The position numbers and the translations under genes were made by a program. The notes under the pieces were generated by a model. The model was given only the letters and a program-made list of their open reading frames with translations. It was not told the origin of the DNA and made no database searches. DNA of 64,000 nucleotides from contig CAXXNF010000002.1 in NCBI GenBank assembly GCA_963666365.2, positions 1,600,001 to 1,664,000 of the forward strand. The letters run 5' to 3'. How positions within the stretch are numbered: the first letter of the stretch is position 1; every line of letters begins with the position of its first letter. The DNA is from Syntrophales bacterium (GTDB taxonomy: Bacteria > Desulfobacterota > Syntrophia > Syntrophales > UBA2210). This document shows positions 18,192 to 28,376 of the stretch, piece by piece.

Positions 18192-19547
18192 CTTCTTGCA
18201 TCGCTCCAGATCATCCGGCACCGGGGGCATACAGTGTTCTGCGGGAACTACGAAGGGGGCTGTGTAACTTGCATAATCCTCACTCCATGAAGTGGGAAAC
18301 CCGAGCTCCGTCACATACATGTCCCGAATGACCTGATGATCGCACGCCCTCATTTTGGTCATTCCATTAATGGCCTTGTATTCGTCTCCTTCCCATAGGG
18401 CTATAATTTTTTCTGCATCCGTAGTACCGGCTCGTTCTATCACATCCATGAGCCAATACCCCATTGACGTAACCGCACCGATGGGACCAAATGGGTATTT
18501 CCACAGTTTATGGTTATATGGTTTTTCCCACTTTTCCCATGCCGCACTCCATGATTTTACTAAAGCCTTTTGCTCGGGCGTATCGATGGTAAGCACATTA
18601 TCTGAAATGACCACAATTCCTACTCCGGCCGGTCCGCCAATTGATTCCAGTGCAGAAACATGGTCCGTTTCATATCCCGCGATGGGAAGCTTTATCCCCA
18701 GACTCTTTGACTGCTTAATGAGGTTTTCAACATCGGCGCCCCAATCGGATGTTACGATAACATCTGCATCGGAACCTTGAATCTTGGTCAGATATGGCGC
18801 GAAATCTTTAAGGAACAGGGGATGATATTCCTCCCCAACGATAACCGCATCCGGTTTATACTGTTTCAAGCCCTTTTTAAAGGCATCGGCAAAGGAATGG
18901 CCGAATGAGTAATCCTGATTGAGGATGTAAAACTTGTTTTCTGGTCGTTTTGAATAAAAGTATCCCAGTGCACTGAACATGCTTGTGTTCTGCCGAATGC
19001 GGAAGGTGTAACGATTAAAGTTCTTACCATCCATAAGAGAGTCCGAATACCCCGCATAGTTTACAAAAATCACCTTATGTTTATCTGCAACGTTTTGGGC
19101 GACCAAACAGAGGTGGCTTCCCGTCACACCCACGATCACATCGACTTTTTCTTCAAGACAGAGCTTTTCCGCCGCCTTTTTGGTCGTAGCCGGCTTTCCT
19201 TGGGCATCCGCCTTTACAATCTGTATCTTTTTCTTTTTTCCATCGACAAGGATACCGCCTCGCTTGTTAATGTCATGTATAACCCAACCGAACACCAGGC
19301 TGTAGGCAACACCGCTTAAGGCGCCAGGTCCTGAGAAGGTCTCCAAATGGCCTATCTTTATCGTATCGCCGGTTGGAACGATCTGGTTATTGGGATCGAA
19401 ATCAGACATGTCCGACATTTTGCTTGCATCAAAACCCGACATGACGGCCAAGGCCTGCGACATCATGAGACCGAACAACATCACCACGCACAAGAATCCA
19501 ACCGCCACTACTCGCCTACTCTTACGAACGACTATCCTACTTTTCAT
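18189..19547 (-). CDS. ABC transporter substrate-binding protein, branched-chain amino acid (LivK) family, orphan
   Basis: Signal peptide, TIKIGHL, INKRGGI, NQDYSFGHS, DFAPYLTKI, MRACDHQ; AAGGAGG RBS before ATG 19547. Confidence 0.88.
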   Translation of the reverse strand: MKSRIVVRKSRRVVAVGFLCVVMLFGLMMSQALAVMSGFDASKMSDMSDFDPNNQIVPTGDTIKIGHLETFSGPGALSGVAYSLVFGWVIHDINKRGGILVDGKKKKIQIVKADAQGKPATTKKAAEKLCLEEKVDVIVGVTGSHLCLVAQNVADKHKVIFVNYAGYSDSLMDGKNFNRYTFRIRQNTSMFSALGYFYSKRPENKFYILNQDYSFGHSFADAFKKGLKQYKPDAVIVGEEYHPLFLKDFAPYLTKIQGSDADVIVTSDWGADVENLIKQSKSLGIKLPIAGYETDHVSALESIGGPAGVGIVVISDNVLTIDTPEQKALVKSWSAAWEKWEKPYNHKLWKYPFGPIGAVTSMGYWLMDVIERAGTTDAEKIIALWEGDEYKAINGMTKMRACDHQVIRDMYVTELGFPTSWSEDYASYTAPFVVPAEHCMPPVPDDLERCKK

Positions 19548-19583
19548 ACGTGCCTCCTTTGCGCTTTTAACGCCTTTTTTTGA

Positions 19584-19673
19584 GGGACACTTCCCTATTT
19601 TTTTTTGCGGACAGACCTGTGTTTCCACTTTTATATCAAGCGGTTACAGACAAAAAATAGGGAAGTGTCCCTA
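19584..19673. repeat. Inverted REP doublet (REPIN-like)
   Basis: GGGACACTTCCCTATTTTT (+, 19584-19602) and its reverse complement at 19653-19671. Confidence 0.85.
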
Positions 19674-21320
19674 CTTTTTAACCTCTTCGTCCCTCAGAAT
19701 CCTCCGAAGGACCTTCCCTACGGCCGACTGTGGCAGGCTCTCCCGAAACTCGACCAGTTTCGGCACCTTGTAGCCGGTCAGCTTCTCCTTGCAAAATGTG
19801 ATGATATCGTCTGCCGTCGCACTTTCCCCCTCTTTCAGCACGACAAACGCCTTGACCGTTTCGCCGCGATATGCGTGGGGTACACCGACCGAGATTGCCT
19901 CTTTGACCTTAGGGTGCTGGTGCAACACTTCGTCGATCTCCCGGGGATAAATATTGAATCCCCCGGCGATGATCATATCTTTCTTGCGGTCGACGATAAA
20001 AAAATACCCATCTTCGTCCTGAATGGCAACATCGCCGGTATAGAGCCATCCATCCTTTATCTGCCCCGCCGTTTCTTCGGGATTGTTCCAGTATCCCTTT
20101 GTCACGGTGGGACCCTTGATGACCATCTCTCCCGGCTCTCCCTGGGACACTTCGGTAATCTCATCCTCCAGACTGACGAGACGCACGTCGGTATCAATAA
20201 CGGGGATGCCGATGCTGCCCGCCTTTGAAAGGCCGAGCAGGGGATTCTGCGTGCCGGCACAGGTGGTTTCGCTCATAGACCAGCCTTCGCTGTAGAAAAT
20301 GCCCATATCCTTTATGCGGTTAATGATTTCCACCGGCATGGGCGCCCCGCCGGAATTCAAAAGTCCCAGTTTTCTGTCGAGCCCCATTGATTCCGCACGG
20401 GGATGATTAATAATGGCCGAAATCATCGTGGGCACCGTGGGGAAGGCGAGAATCTCCTTGTAGCCAGCGAGCAGATCCATCATCTCGTCGATCCTGAACT
20501 CCGGTACGAGGATCTGGGTGGCACAGTTGAACACGGAAAGATTGATGACGGCGATATTCCCGTAAATGTGGAAAAAGGGAATCGCCCCCATCCAGAACCG
20601 GCGTTCCGGCGGTGTCAACTGGGCGATGGGACTCGTCCACAGCGACTGACCGACAGTGGCAGCGATCACATTGGCATGGGACAACACGGCCCCTTTGGGC
20701 ACTCCCGTCGTGCCCCCCGTAAACTGTATGAGGGCCGGATCTTCCGGCCTGATCGCCACCTGGGGACGGCGCGTGGCAGTGCATTCGTCAAGCACTTTGG
20801 AATAGTAGTGCCATCCCTTTTCGAGCTCCGGCGGCCTCTGCGATCCACCCGGCTTGGCGAAATCCCGAAGCCGCGTCACAATGACCCGTGCAACCTCCAC
20901 ATTCTTTGACAAGACACTCACCGTGGGAAGCGCCGTATCAACGGTAAACAGGGTTGTAATGCCGGTGGACTCAAAGACTCCCTTCAGTTCTTCGGCCGTG
21001 TAGAGAGGGTTGAGATTCACCACAATGGCCCCAAGCGACAGTATTGCGTAATAGGCGATGATATACTGCGGGCATGTGGGCAGATGCACGCCGACCCGGT
21101 CTCCCTGCTTCACCCCCATGGCGCCCAGGGCATTGGCCATGCGCAGCACCTGCTGCCGCAATTGCCAGAATGTGATTTCCGCCCCGAGAAAGTGGACCGC
21201 CGCCTTGTCCGGATAGGCATTGGCGGGAATCTGGAGAAGATCGGACACCGCAAGGCGGGGCCTGCGGATTGTAAGCGGCACATTATAGTCATAGTGACGA
21301 TGCCAGCGTTTCTCTTCCAT
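19671..21320 (-). CDS. Long-chain-fatty-acid--CoA ligase (AMP-forming)
   Basis: QFTGGTTGVPKG, EGWSMSET, GWLYTGD, DRKKDMIIAGGFNIYPREI, AVGKVLRR. Confidence 0.93.
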   Translation of the reverse strand: MEEKRWHRHYDYNVPLTIRRPRLAVSDLLQIPANAYPDKAAVHFLGAEITFWQLRQQVLRMANALGAMGVKQGDRVGVHLPTCPQYIIAYYAILSLGAIVVNLNPLYTAEELKGVFESTGITTLFTVDTALPTVSVLSKNVEVARVIVTRLRDFAKPGGSQRPPELEKGWHYYSKVLDECTATRRPQVAIRPEDPALIQFTGGTTGVPKGAVLSHANVIAATVGQSLWTSPIAQLTPPERRFWMGAIPFFHIYGNIAVINLSVFNCATQILVPEFRIDEMMDLLAGYKEILAFPTVPTMISAIINHPRAESMGLDRKLGLLNSGGAPMPVEIINRIKDMGIFYSEGWSMSETTCAGTQNPLLGLSKAGSIGIPVIDTDVRLVSLEDEITEVSQGEPGEMVIKGPTVTKGYWNNPEETAGQIKDGWLYTGDVAIQDEDGYFFIVDRKKDMIIAGGFNIYPREIDEVLHQHPKVKEAISVGVPHAYRGETVKAFVVLKEGESATADDIITFCKEKLTGYKVPKLVEFRESLPQSAVGKVLRRILRDEEVKK

Positions 21321-21423
21321 CGTTTCTTACCTCCTTGCACTCACAATCTGATAATTATCACGCGGTAAAATCTTCAAGTCAACGACGAAAAAATGGTCGT
21401 ATAATGTGAGCATTTTACTAACA

Positions 21424-22332
21424 CTAACTAAGTGACGCGAGAAAGGACTGGAGATTAACTTTCCGGTGTTTCAGGCCGAGTTTATTGCGTATGTGGTAAC
21501 GATGAAGGTGGACGGCACTGGGTGTCACATGGAGCAGCACAGCAATCTCTCTGGATGTTTTACCATTCCTGATAAGATCGGCCACTTCTATTTCCCGGGG
21601 CGTGAACTTCGAATAGCGGGCTTTCATGGTCACGAGAAAGGGGGAAAGCACTTCGTTGAGATGCGCTCTGATGATGTCAAGATATGCTTCCTGCTGTGCA
21701 TCGAGCGACGTCGTTGCAAGTCTTTCCACATAGGGAATCACAAGTTCCTTAATGTTGGAAAGGAATTTCTGCTCGATTTCTTCTTGATCGTTCTCCCGAT
21801 GCGCGAGAAGCACCTTCAAGGCCGTGTTGGTCTCCTCAAGGTTCCGGCTTTTCGTCTTCAAATCTTCTTCCGTCTGCTTCTTCTTCGTAATATCGCTCAC
21901 GAAATTTAAGGTCGCAGGGCGGCCTTCCCATAAAATCAAGACCGCATTCAGTTCCACCCATTTGACATTCCCTTCTTTATCCACGATTCTGTGGTGGTAG
22001 ATGCGTGACATGTTCTCACCGGCAATCATTCTCTTAAACCCTTCTGACACTATTTCTTGATCTTCAGGGTGGGTAAGGAGCATCCTGTCCATTGTAAGAA
22101 GTTCTCCCCTGGAATACCCTGACATTTCTTCGGTCTTGGGATTTACAAACTTCATCCTGTCATCCTGGGCAACAAAGATGGCTTCGTGCGCGTTCTCTAT
22201 AATCAGTTGGTAATGGTGTTGGTTCCATGTGTGGGAGTCGTCTTCCCTGGATCCTTTTATCCACTCAGATTCACTAATGCCGCTTTTTATCTCACGTAAC
22301 TCCCGCATCGGTGATTCCCCGATCTTTTTCAT
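21424..22332 (-). CDS. PAS + LuxR-type HTH transcriptional regulator (start uncertain)
   Basis: PAS (FVNPKTEEMSGYS...SDITKKK); FTPREIEVADLIRNGKTSREIA...HIRNKLG. Confidence 0.88.
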   Translation of the reverse strand: MKKIGESPMRELREIKSGISESEWIKGSREDDSHTWNQHHYQLIIENAHEAIFVAQDDRMKFVNPKTEEMSGYSRGELLTMDRMLLTHPEDQEIVSEGFKRMIAGENMSRIYHHRIVDKEGNVKWVELNAVLILWEGRPATLNFVSDITKKKQTEEDLKTKSRNLEETNTALKVLLAHRENDQEEIEQKFLSNIKELVIPYVERLATTSLDAQQEAYLDIIRAHLNEVLSPFLVTMKARYSKFTPREIEVADLIRNGKTSREIAVLLHVTPSAVHLHRYHIRNKLGLKHRKVNLQSFLASLS

Positions 22333-22530
22333 GTTCTTAAAGGCCTCTTCCCGATCTGAATTAAAGACGCCGCATCGACGAGCATGCTGAAAATCCTTGA
22401 CATCGACACAGATAGCGGTATTGTCCTTAATTGTTCGCAATAACATCTTTTTCGACTTTTTGCGAGCCTGTCAAAGGTATCCGTAGACGACCGCTGCACA
22501 CTCAAATCCGCAAGGATGGGGGGAATATCC

Positions 22531-23310
22531 ATGATATTTTCTGATATTACGTATGAAAAAACAGAAGGTATTGCCAGAGTTACCATCAACAGACCGGAAC
22601 ACATGAATGCTTTTCGCACGGAAACGCTTATTGAAATGGCACAAGCCTTTGAGGATATTGGGATCGACCGATCAATCGGCGTGACCGTTTTGCGAGGCGC
22701 CGGCAACCGGGCGTTCTGTGTGGGAGGCGACACGGGCGATGCGGAAGGCGCCGGATACCGTCCCGAGCTTATGGTGTATGTTCGTCGTGTTCACGATCTC
22801 ATCAGGAAAACGCCCGTTCCGGTCATCGCCGCCGTAAACGGTTATGCTATTGGCGGCGGCCAGGTGCTGCAGGCCCTCTGCGATCTTTCGATCGCCGCGG
22901 AACACGCTGTCTTCGGACAGGTCGGTCCCAGGGTGGGCAGCTTCGATGCCGGCTACGGCGCGGCCTATCTTACCAGGGTTGTGGGAGAAAAAAGGGCGCG
23001 TGAAATGTGGTTTCTCTGCGAACGCTACACGGCTCAGGAAGCAAAAGAGATGGGGCTTGTAAATAAAGTGGTCCCAAAAGAAAATCTGGACGAAGAAGTG
23101 CAGAACTGGTGCCGTAAAATTATTGCCTTGAGCCCTTCGGCGCTGCGAATTCTGAAGGCCTCATTCAACCGTGAAAGCGATCATATCTCCGGTTCCGAGG
23201 CAATGGCCTTTAACACGGCTGAACTATACTATAAAACGGAGGAAGCAGAGGAAGGAAAGAGAGCCTATATGGAAAAGAGAGCAACGGATTTCGGCCGCTT
23301 CAGAAAATGA
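22531..23310 (+). CDS. Crotonase-family enzyme, BadI (2-ketocyclohexanecarboxyl-CoA hydrolase)/MenB-like
   Basis: AFCVGGD, GYAIGGG, FGQVGPRVGSFDAGYG, VGEKRAREMWFLC, YYKTEEAEEG. Confidence 0.8.
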   Translation: MIFSDITYEKTEGIARVTINRPEHMNAFRTETLIEMAQAFEDIGIDRSIGVTVLRGAGNRAFCVGGDTGDAEGAGYRPELMVYVRRVHDLIRKTPVPVIAAVNGYAIGGGQVLQALCDLSIAAEHAVFGQVGPRVGSFDAGYGAAYLTRVVGEKRAREMWFLCERYTAQEAKEMGLVNKVVPKENLDEEVQNWCRKIIALSPSALRILKASFNRESDHISGSEAMAFNTAELYYKTEEAEEGKRAYMEKRATDFGRFRK

Positions 23311-23323
23311 AAGGAGAAACACT

Positions 23324-23725
23324 ATGGCAAGAACACACAATAATACTCATAATATGGTGATAGGCTATATTCTCTGGATCTTCGGCTTTCTGGGCGCCCA
23401 TCGGTTTTACTACGGAAAGCCTGTGACGGGCACCATCTATTTTTTCACCCTGGGGCTTCTCTTCATCGGCTGGATCGTCGATCTCTTCTTAATCCCCTCC
23501 ATGGATCGCCAGGCCGATCTTCGTTTCACCAAGGGGCCCATTGACTATAATATCGCCTGGATTCTGCTGACCTTTCTCGGCATCCTGGGGGTTCACCGCA
23601 TGTACATGGGGAAATGGATTACCGGCATCATATACCTTCTTACGGGCGGCCTCGTCGGTATCGGGTATATTTACGACTACTGGACACTCAACGATCAGAT
23701 CACGATGCTGCACAATCGGTCCTGA
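23324..23725 (+). CDS. TM2/NINE domain membrane protein (two repeats)
   Basis: GFLGAHRFYYGK and GILGVHRMYMGK; AAGGAG RBS. Confidence 0.88.
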   Translation: MARTHNNTHNMVIGYILWIFGFLGAHRFYYGKPVTGTIYFFTLGLLFIGWIVDLFLIPSMDRQADLRFTKGPIDYNIAWILLTFLGILGVHRMYMGKWITGIIYLLTGGLVGIGYIYDYWTLNDQITMLHNRS

Positions 23726-23736
23726 AGCAGCAACAC

Positions 23737-25143
23737 TTACAGGCCTGTCGATTCGTTCCGGAATGTGTGATATCGGTAAAGCGCCCACAGGGCCTTCGCA
23801 GCCGTCTCCGGCGCACTCACAATTGTCAGATGAGGGCCGAACATATCCTTTACAAGGCTCATCCAGTATTCGCTTCCCACGGTGTAGAGGAGCACCGGTT
23901 TCTCCGGCGCGGCCTTTCTTATTTTTTCGGCTTCACCGTATAGAATGGATGGATCGATACCCCCCTCGACAATAGCCTTGATGATTGTGCCCGGTATCAC
24001 CGGGATGGCGATAACGCCGTTCACGCGTTCGTCCTTCAGCGCCGCCTCCAGGGCAACGCCGAAGAGCCCCGAGGGCCCTACGTCAAGAGGATTCCTGACA
24101 TTCATCCATGCCGGGGCCTGACTCTTCACCGCCGCCACCGCCTCCGGACCCAGTTCGGGAAACTGCAGACCAAGCTGAAAAGCGGCGTCGGCGGCCATGA
24201 CACCAAGGGAACCGGACGATGTGACCACTGAAATATTTGGACCTTTCATGAGCGGTTCACGGGAAAAGACGCGGGCCATATCAAAAAGTTCCTGAAACGT
24301 CGCGGCCCGGATCACCCCGGACTGATGGAAAAACCCCTCGTAAAGGGCATCATCACCGCTCAGGCTCCCCGTATGAGAGGCGGCCGCCTTCTTTCCCACC
24401 TCGGTGCGACCGCTTTTATAGATCAGCACCGGCTTTTTTAACGACACTTCCCGGGCCGCCTTCATAAATCGAGATCCCTCTTTCGCCCCTTCGAGATAGA
24501 GCACAATGACATCGGTTCTTTCATCGGCGCCGAAATGGTACAGCATATCCGTTTCATCGACATCGATACGATTGCCGATTGTCACCAGTCCGCTCAAGGC
24601 CAGATCCTGGCTGGGCGCCCAGTCGGCGACAATATTGCCGAAAACGCCGCTTTGGGCAATAACGCCAACATTTCCGGGACGAATTGCATCAAAATCCACC
24701 TCAGTTGAGGCAAAGCGCTCATGGGGATTGACAAGTCCCACGCAATTGGGACCGATGAGTCGTGTACCGGTCCCGCGAATAAGTGTCTCGATATCTTTCT
24801 CAAGAACCGTCCCCTCTGACCCTGTCTCACTGAATCCGGCGGATTCAAGAATGACGGCGGGAATTTCTTTTTCAATACAGTCACTTATAACTCCATGCAC
24901 CTGCGCTTTTGGCACGATGATGATCGCAAGGTCGATGCGATGGGGAATTTCAGTTACCCGCCTGTAGACGGGCAACCCCTCTATCTCCGTTTCACGGGGA
25001 TTGACAGGATAGAGACAATTGCCGTAGCCGTTTCGCTTCAGAAAAGCGGGAATTCCGCTGCCGAATCCGGCTTTTTTTGTCGCCCCGATAATCGCGATTG
25101 AACGGGGCCTGAAAAATTGATCGGGAAGAGCAGGGAACAACAT
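23737..25143 (-). CDS. Acyl-CoA synthetase (NDP-forming) alpha-subunit-like CoA-binding protein
   Basis: FFRPRSIAIIGA, YPVNP, SAGFSE, IGPNCVG, AQSG, AAASHTGSL (phospho-His); no ATP-grasp domain. Confidence 0.85.
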   Translation of the reverse strand: MLFPALPDQFFRPRSIAIIGATKKAGFGSGIPAFLKRNGYGNCLYPVNPRETEIEGLPVYRRVTEIPHRIDLAIIIVPKAQVHGVISDCIEKEIPAVILESAGFSETGSEGTVLEKDIETLIRGTGTRLIGPNCVGLVNPHERFASTEVDFDAIRPGNVGVIAQSGVFGNIVADWAPSQDLALSGLVTIGNRIDVDETDMLYHFGADERTDVIVLYLEGAKEGSRFMKAAREVSLKKPVLIYKSGRTEVGKKAAASHTGSLSGDDALYEGFFHQSGVIRAATFQELFDMARVFSREPLMKGPNISVVTSSGSLGVMAADAAFQLGLQFPELGPEAVAAVKSQAPAWMNVRNPLDVGPSGLFGVALEAALKDERVNGVIAIPVIPGTIIKAIVEGGIDPSILYGEAEKIRKAAPEKPVLLYTVGSEYWMSLVKDMFGPHLTIVSAPETAAKALWALYRYHTFRNESTGL

Positions 25144-25306
25144 ATGCGAACTCCTTGTGCCTTTGGATGGGTGAGAGGTACTACAGAAAAGACAAAGAAG
25201 CAATCGTTTTAAAGTAGGAAGAGTAGGAACGTCAAAGGGAGTAAAAGTTCTGGTAAAAAGGGTCTGCCTTTGTTATACGTATTCGTTCATTTTATGTGCA
25301 TGAGGT

Positions 25307-26599
25307 ATGGCAATGAGCGAAAAAGCAACACTGATTATTGATGGAAACACTTATGAACTCCCGATCGTAACCGGGACTGAAGGCGAAAAAGCCATAGATA
25401 TTTCAGAGTTATTAAAGAGAACAGGATATATTACTCTTGATCCGGGCTATGTCAATACAGGAAACTGTATAAGCGCGATCACGTACATGGATGGGAAGAA
25501 AGGGGTTCTGAGATACCGCGGCATTCCCATTGAGCAGCTTGCCGAAAACTCCAGGTTCGTGGAGACCGCCTATCTTCTTATCCACGGTGAACTCCCTACC
25601 GCTCACGAACTTGCCTCTTTTTCAGGCCTCCTCAACGATCACTCACTGGTCCACGAAGACATGCGGGCCTTCTTCGAAAATTATCCCCGGCGCGCGCATC
25701 CCATGGGTATTCTGTCATCCATGGTTAACGCACTGCGGGCGTTTTATCCTGCCGTTCCCGAACGCTCCGAAGAAGAAGAAATAGACCTTACCGTTGCCAG
25801 ACTGCTGTCGAAAATACGAACAATGGCCGCCATGTCCTTCAGAATCTCACGGGGGCATCGAGTGGTCTATCCCTCCCATCAATTGAGTTATTGTGCAAAT
25901 TTCCTCAATATGATGTTTGACTCCCCTGTCCGGCCCTACGTGATTGATCCGGATCTGGTGCGCGCCCTTGACGTGTTTCTGATTCTGCATGCCGATCACG
26001 AACAGAACTGCTCAACCTCGGCCGTGAGGCATGTGGGAAGTGCGAAGGTAAATCTGTACGCCTCCATTTCCGCAGGCATCTGCGCCCTCTGGGGACCGCT
26101 TCACGGAGGCGCAAATCAGGCGGTAATCGAAATGTTGCAACAGATCTACGACAGCGGCGGCAATCCGGCGCCCTTTATCGCAAGGGCCAAGAACAAACAC
26201 GATCCCTACCGCCTCATGGGCTTCGGACACCGTGTCTACAAAACCTACGATCCGAGGGTCCCCATCATAAAAACAATGTGCCATCGAATTATGAACAAGC
26301 TCGGGATAGAAGATCCGCTGCTTGATATTGCGCAGAATCTCGAGGAAGTGGCAACCCACGATCCCTACTTCATCGAACACAATCTCTACCCCAATGTGGA
26401 CTTTTACAGCGGCATTCTGCTCCGCACAATGGGGGTTCCTTTGAACATGTTCCCCGTCATGTTCGCCATCGGGCGACTGCCCGGATGGATCAGCCAGTGG
26501 AAAGAAAGCATAGACGATCCGCAATGGAAGCTCCACCGTCCCCGTCAGGTATACAAGGGGCATGAAAAAAGAGAGTATGTGCCGATAGACAGGCGATAG
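25307..26599 (+). CDS. gltA: Citrate (Si)-synthase
   Basis: LRYRG, LHADHEQNCST, GPLHGGAN, LMGFGHRVYK, YPNVDFYSG, RPRQVY. Confidence 0.96.
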   Translation: MAMSEKATLIIDGNTYELPIVTGTEGEKAIDISELLKRTGYITLDPGYVNTGNCISAITYMDGKKGVLRYRGIPIEQLAENSRFVETAYLLIHGELPTAHELASFSGLLNDHSLVHEDMRAFFENYPRRAHPMGILSSMVNALRAFYPAVPERSEEEEIDLTVARLLSKIRTMAAMSFRISRGHRVVYPSHQLSYCANFLNMMFDSPVRPYVIDPDLVRALDVFLILHADHEQNCSTSAVRHVGSAKVNLYASISAGICALWGPLHGGANQAVIEMLQQIYDSGGNPAPFIARAKNKHDPYRLMGFGHRVYKTYDPRVPIIKTMCHRIMNKLGIEDPLLDIAQNLEEVATHDPYFIEHNLYPNVDFYSGILLRTMGVPLNMFPVMFAIGRLPGWISQWKESIDDPQWKLHRPRQVYKGHEKREYVPIDRR

Positions 26600-26653
26600 G
26601 TAATAGGTTGTGGGTTTTGGGTTGTGGGTTTTGGGTTGTGGGTTGTGGGTTAT
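26591..26653 (+). repeat. Heptamer tandem repeat (RGGTTNT-like, about 9 units)
   Basis: aggcgat aggtaat aggttgt gggtttt gggttgt gggtttt gggttgt gggttgt gggttat. Confidence 0.9.
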
Positions 26654-26663
26654 GACCTGATGC

Positions 26664-27302
26664 TTACGCCTTTTCTCTTTCTGCGTTGTCTTTGAAGTGC
26701 TCGTAGTACTGGAATACCTTGGCGATATAATCCCGCGTCGCCTGAAACGGGGGGACGCCTCGGTGCATGCGCACTTTTCTAGAGCCCGCATTGTAGGCCG
26801 CCAGTGCCAGTTCGGTATTTCCGTCAAAACGCGTTATCATCAGTTTCAAATACCTTACACCGGCGTCTATATTTTCCCTCGGATCGAATATATTTTCCAC
26901 ACCGAGAGATTCAGCCGTACCCGGCATAAGTTGCATGAGCCCCCGTGCGCCCTTTTTTGAAATTGCCCGGGGATTATAGCCTGACTCAGCCATGATGACC
27001 GCCTTGACGAGCACGGGATCGACATGGTACCGACGTGCCGTTTGCTCAATAATTTCATCAAGGGAATCCGCCTCTTCGCGTTGAATCGGCGCCTGATTCA
27101 AAGGCGCGTTTTCTGAACGCAGGCATACTTCTTTCTGAACCGGTACTGGAGTGGAATAAGTGGTCTGTGCCGCATTGTGTGGCACCGTGGGAGTTGATCT
27201 GATACCGCCCCGGGAAAAACAGAGGACAAGAGTCAAGAGTACGGGAATGAGCAGACGGGCCAACAGAACCGCCCATAGTTGCCTTGGCAGCTCGTCATTC
27301 AT
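26664..27302 (-). CDS. Lytic transglycosylase (SLT domain)
   Basis: AVIMAESGYN, GARGLMQLMPGT, LAAYNAG. Confidence 0.93.
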   Translation of the reverse strand: MNDELPRQLWAVLLARLLIPVLLTLVLCFSRGGIRSTPTVPHNAAQTTYSTPVPVQKEVCLRSENAPLNQAPIQREEADSLDEIIEQTARRYHVDPVLVKAVIMAESGYNPRAISKKGARGLMQLMPGTAESLGVENIFDPRENIDAGVRYLKLMITRFDGNTELALAAYNAGSRKVRMHRGVPPFQATRDYIAKVFQYYEHFKDNAEREKA

Positions 27303-27455
27303 GGTATTCTCCTTTTACGAAACACGTATAAATCGCGGTACATAAATCTATACACGCACAATGTCAAGGATTTGTTTTTTTATTTAATGTTTGAACCGGC
27401 GGCAATGACGGTGTATATATCATGGTCGTTACTCATATTGAGAAGGATGGGCGCA

Positions 27456-28283
27456 ATGATTCTTGAAACTACAGTGCTCACAGGGGGGATCAGCTTTCCC
27501 GAAGGTCCCCGCTGGCACGAGGAAAAACTCTGGTTCTCCGACATGAATACGGGAGTGGTCATGACGGTCGATTGCGAAGGAACACTTGAACGGATAGTCC
27601 CTGTAGCGGGTCATCCCTCCGGACTCGGCTGGCTTCCGGACGGCAGACTTTTAATTGTCTCCATGCTCGACCGTCGACTGCTGCGTCTCGACCCCGGAGG
27701 CCTTACCGAAGTCGCTGATCTTTACGATCTCGCATCATACCATTGTAACGATATGGTCGTCGACGGAACGGGACGGGCGTACATCGGCAATTTCGGATTC
27801 GACCTCAACCGGCCTGATCCCTTTTCACCGGCGGAAATCGTGCTGGTCACTCCCGATGGATCGGCGCGCGTCGTGGCCCGCGACCTGGCCTTCCCCAACG
27901 GCTCTGTGATCACCCCAGACGGAAACACGCTTATTGTAGGTGAGTCATTCGGCGGGCGCCTTACCGCCTTTGACATCAGAGAGGACGGATCTCTCGACAA
28001 CCGTCGTCTCTGGGCGGACATTGCGCCGGCCACGCCCGACGGCATCTGCCTAGACGTCGAAGGTTGCATTTGGGTTGCATCGCCGGAAACTGGAGAAGTT
28101 CTGCGAGTCCGTGAAGGTGGTCTGATCACTCACCGTGTGAGGGTTTCGACCCGACCCTATGCCTGCATGCTTGGAGGCGAGGACCGCCGCACGCTTTTTG
28201 TCTGCACCTCCGGCGCTTCCCCCTTTAACGGCGGCCGCATTGAAACCGTAAAGGTCGAGGCTGCCGGCGCCGGATATCCCTGA
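27456..28283 (+). CDS. SMP-30/gluconolactonase/LRE family protein
   Basis: FPEGPRW, CNDMVVD, FPNG, PDGICLD, LGGEDRRTLFV. Confidence 0.92.
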   Translation: MILETTVLTGGISFPEGPRWHEEKLWFSDMNTGVVMTVDCEGTLERIVPVAGHPSGLGWLPDGRLLIVSMLDRRLLRLDPGGLTEVADLYDLASYHCNDMVVDGTGRAYIGNFGFDLNRPDPFSPAEIVLVTPDGSARVVARDLAFPNGSVITPDGNTLIVGESFGGRLTAFDIREDGSLDNRRLWADIAPATPDGICLDVEGCIWVASPETGEVLRVREGGLITHRVRVSTRPYACMLGGEDRRTLFVCTSGASPFNGGRIETVKVEAAGAGYP

Positions 28284-28376
28284 AGGCCGATGTCACCGAC
28301 CCGATGGTGGTGTGTTGCATGGCGGACACATGACATACACGGCTCCGAACAGCAATGACAGAAAAGGAGGTCATCA

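Noticed and set aside
19548..19628. N-terminal extension of the binding protein in the ORF track
   Set aside because: Translates the REP; the strong RBS precedes ATG 19547
18116..19673. CRISPR array
   Set aside because: Repeats are inverted pairs with irregular spacing; no spacer periodicity and no cas genes
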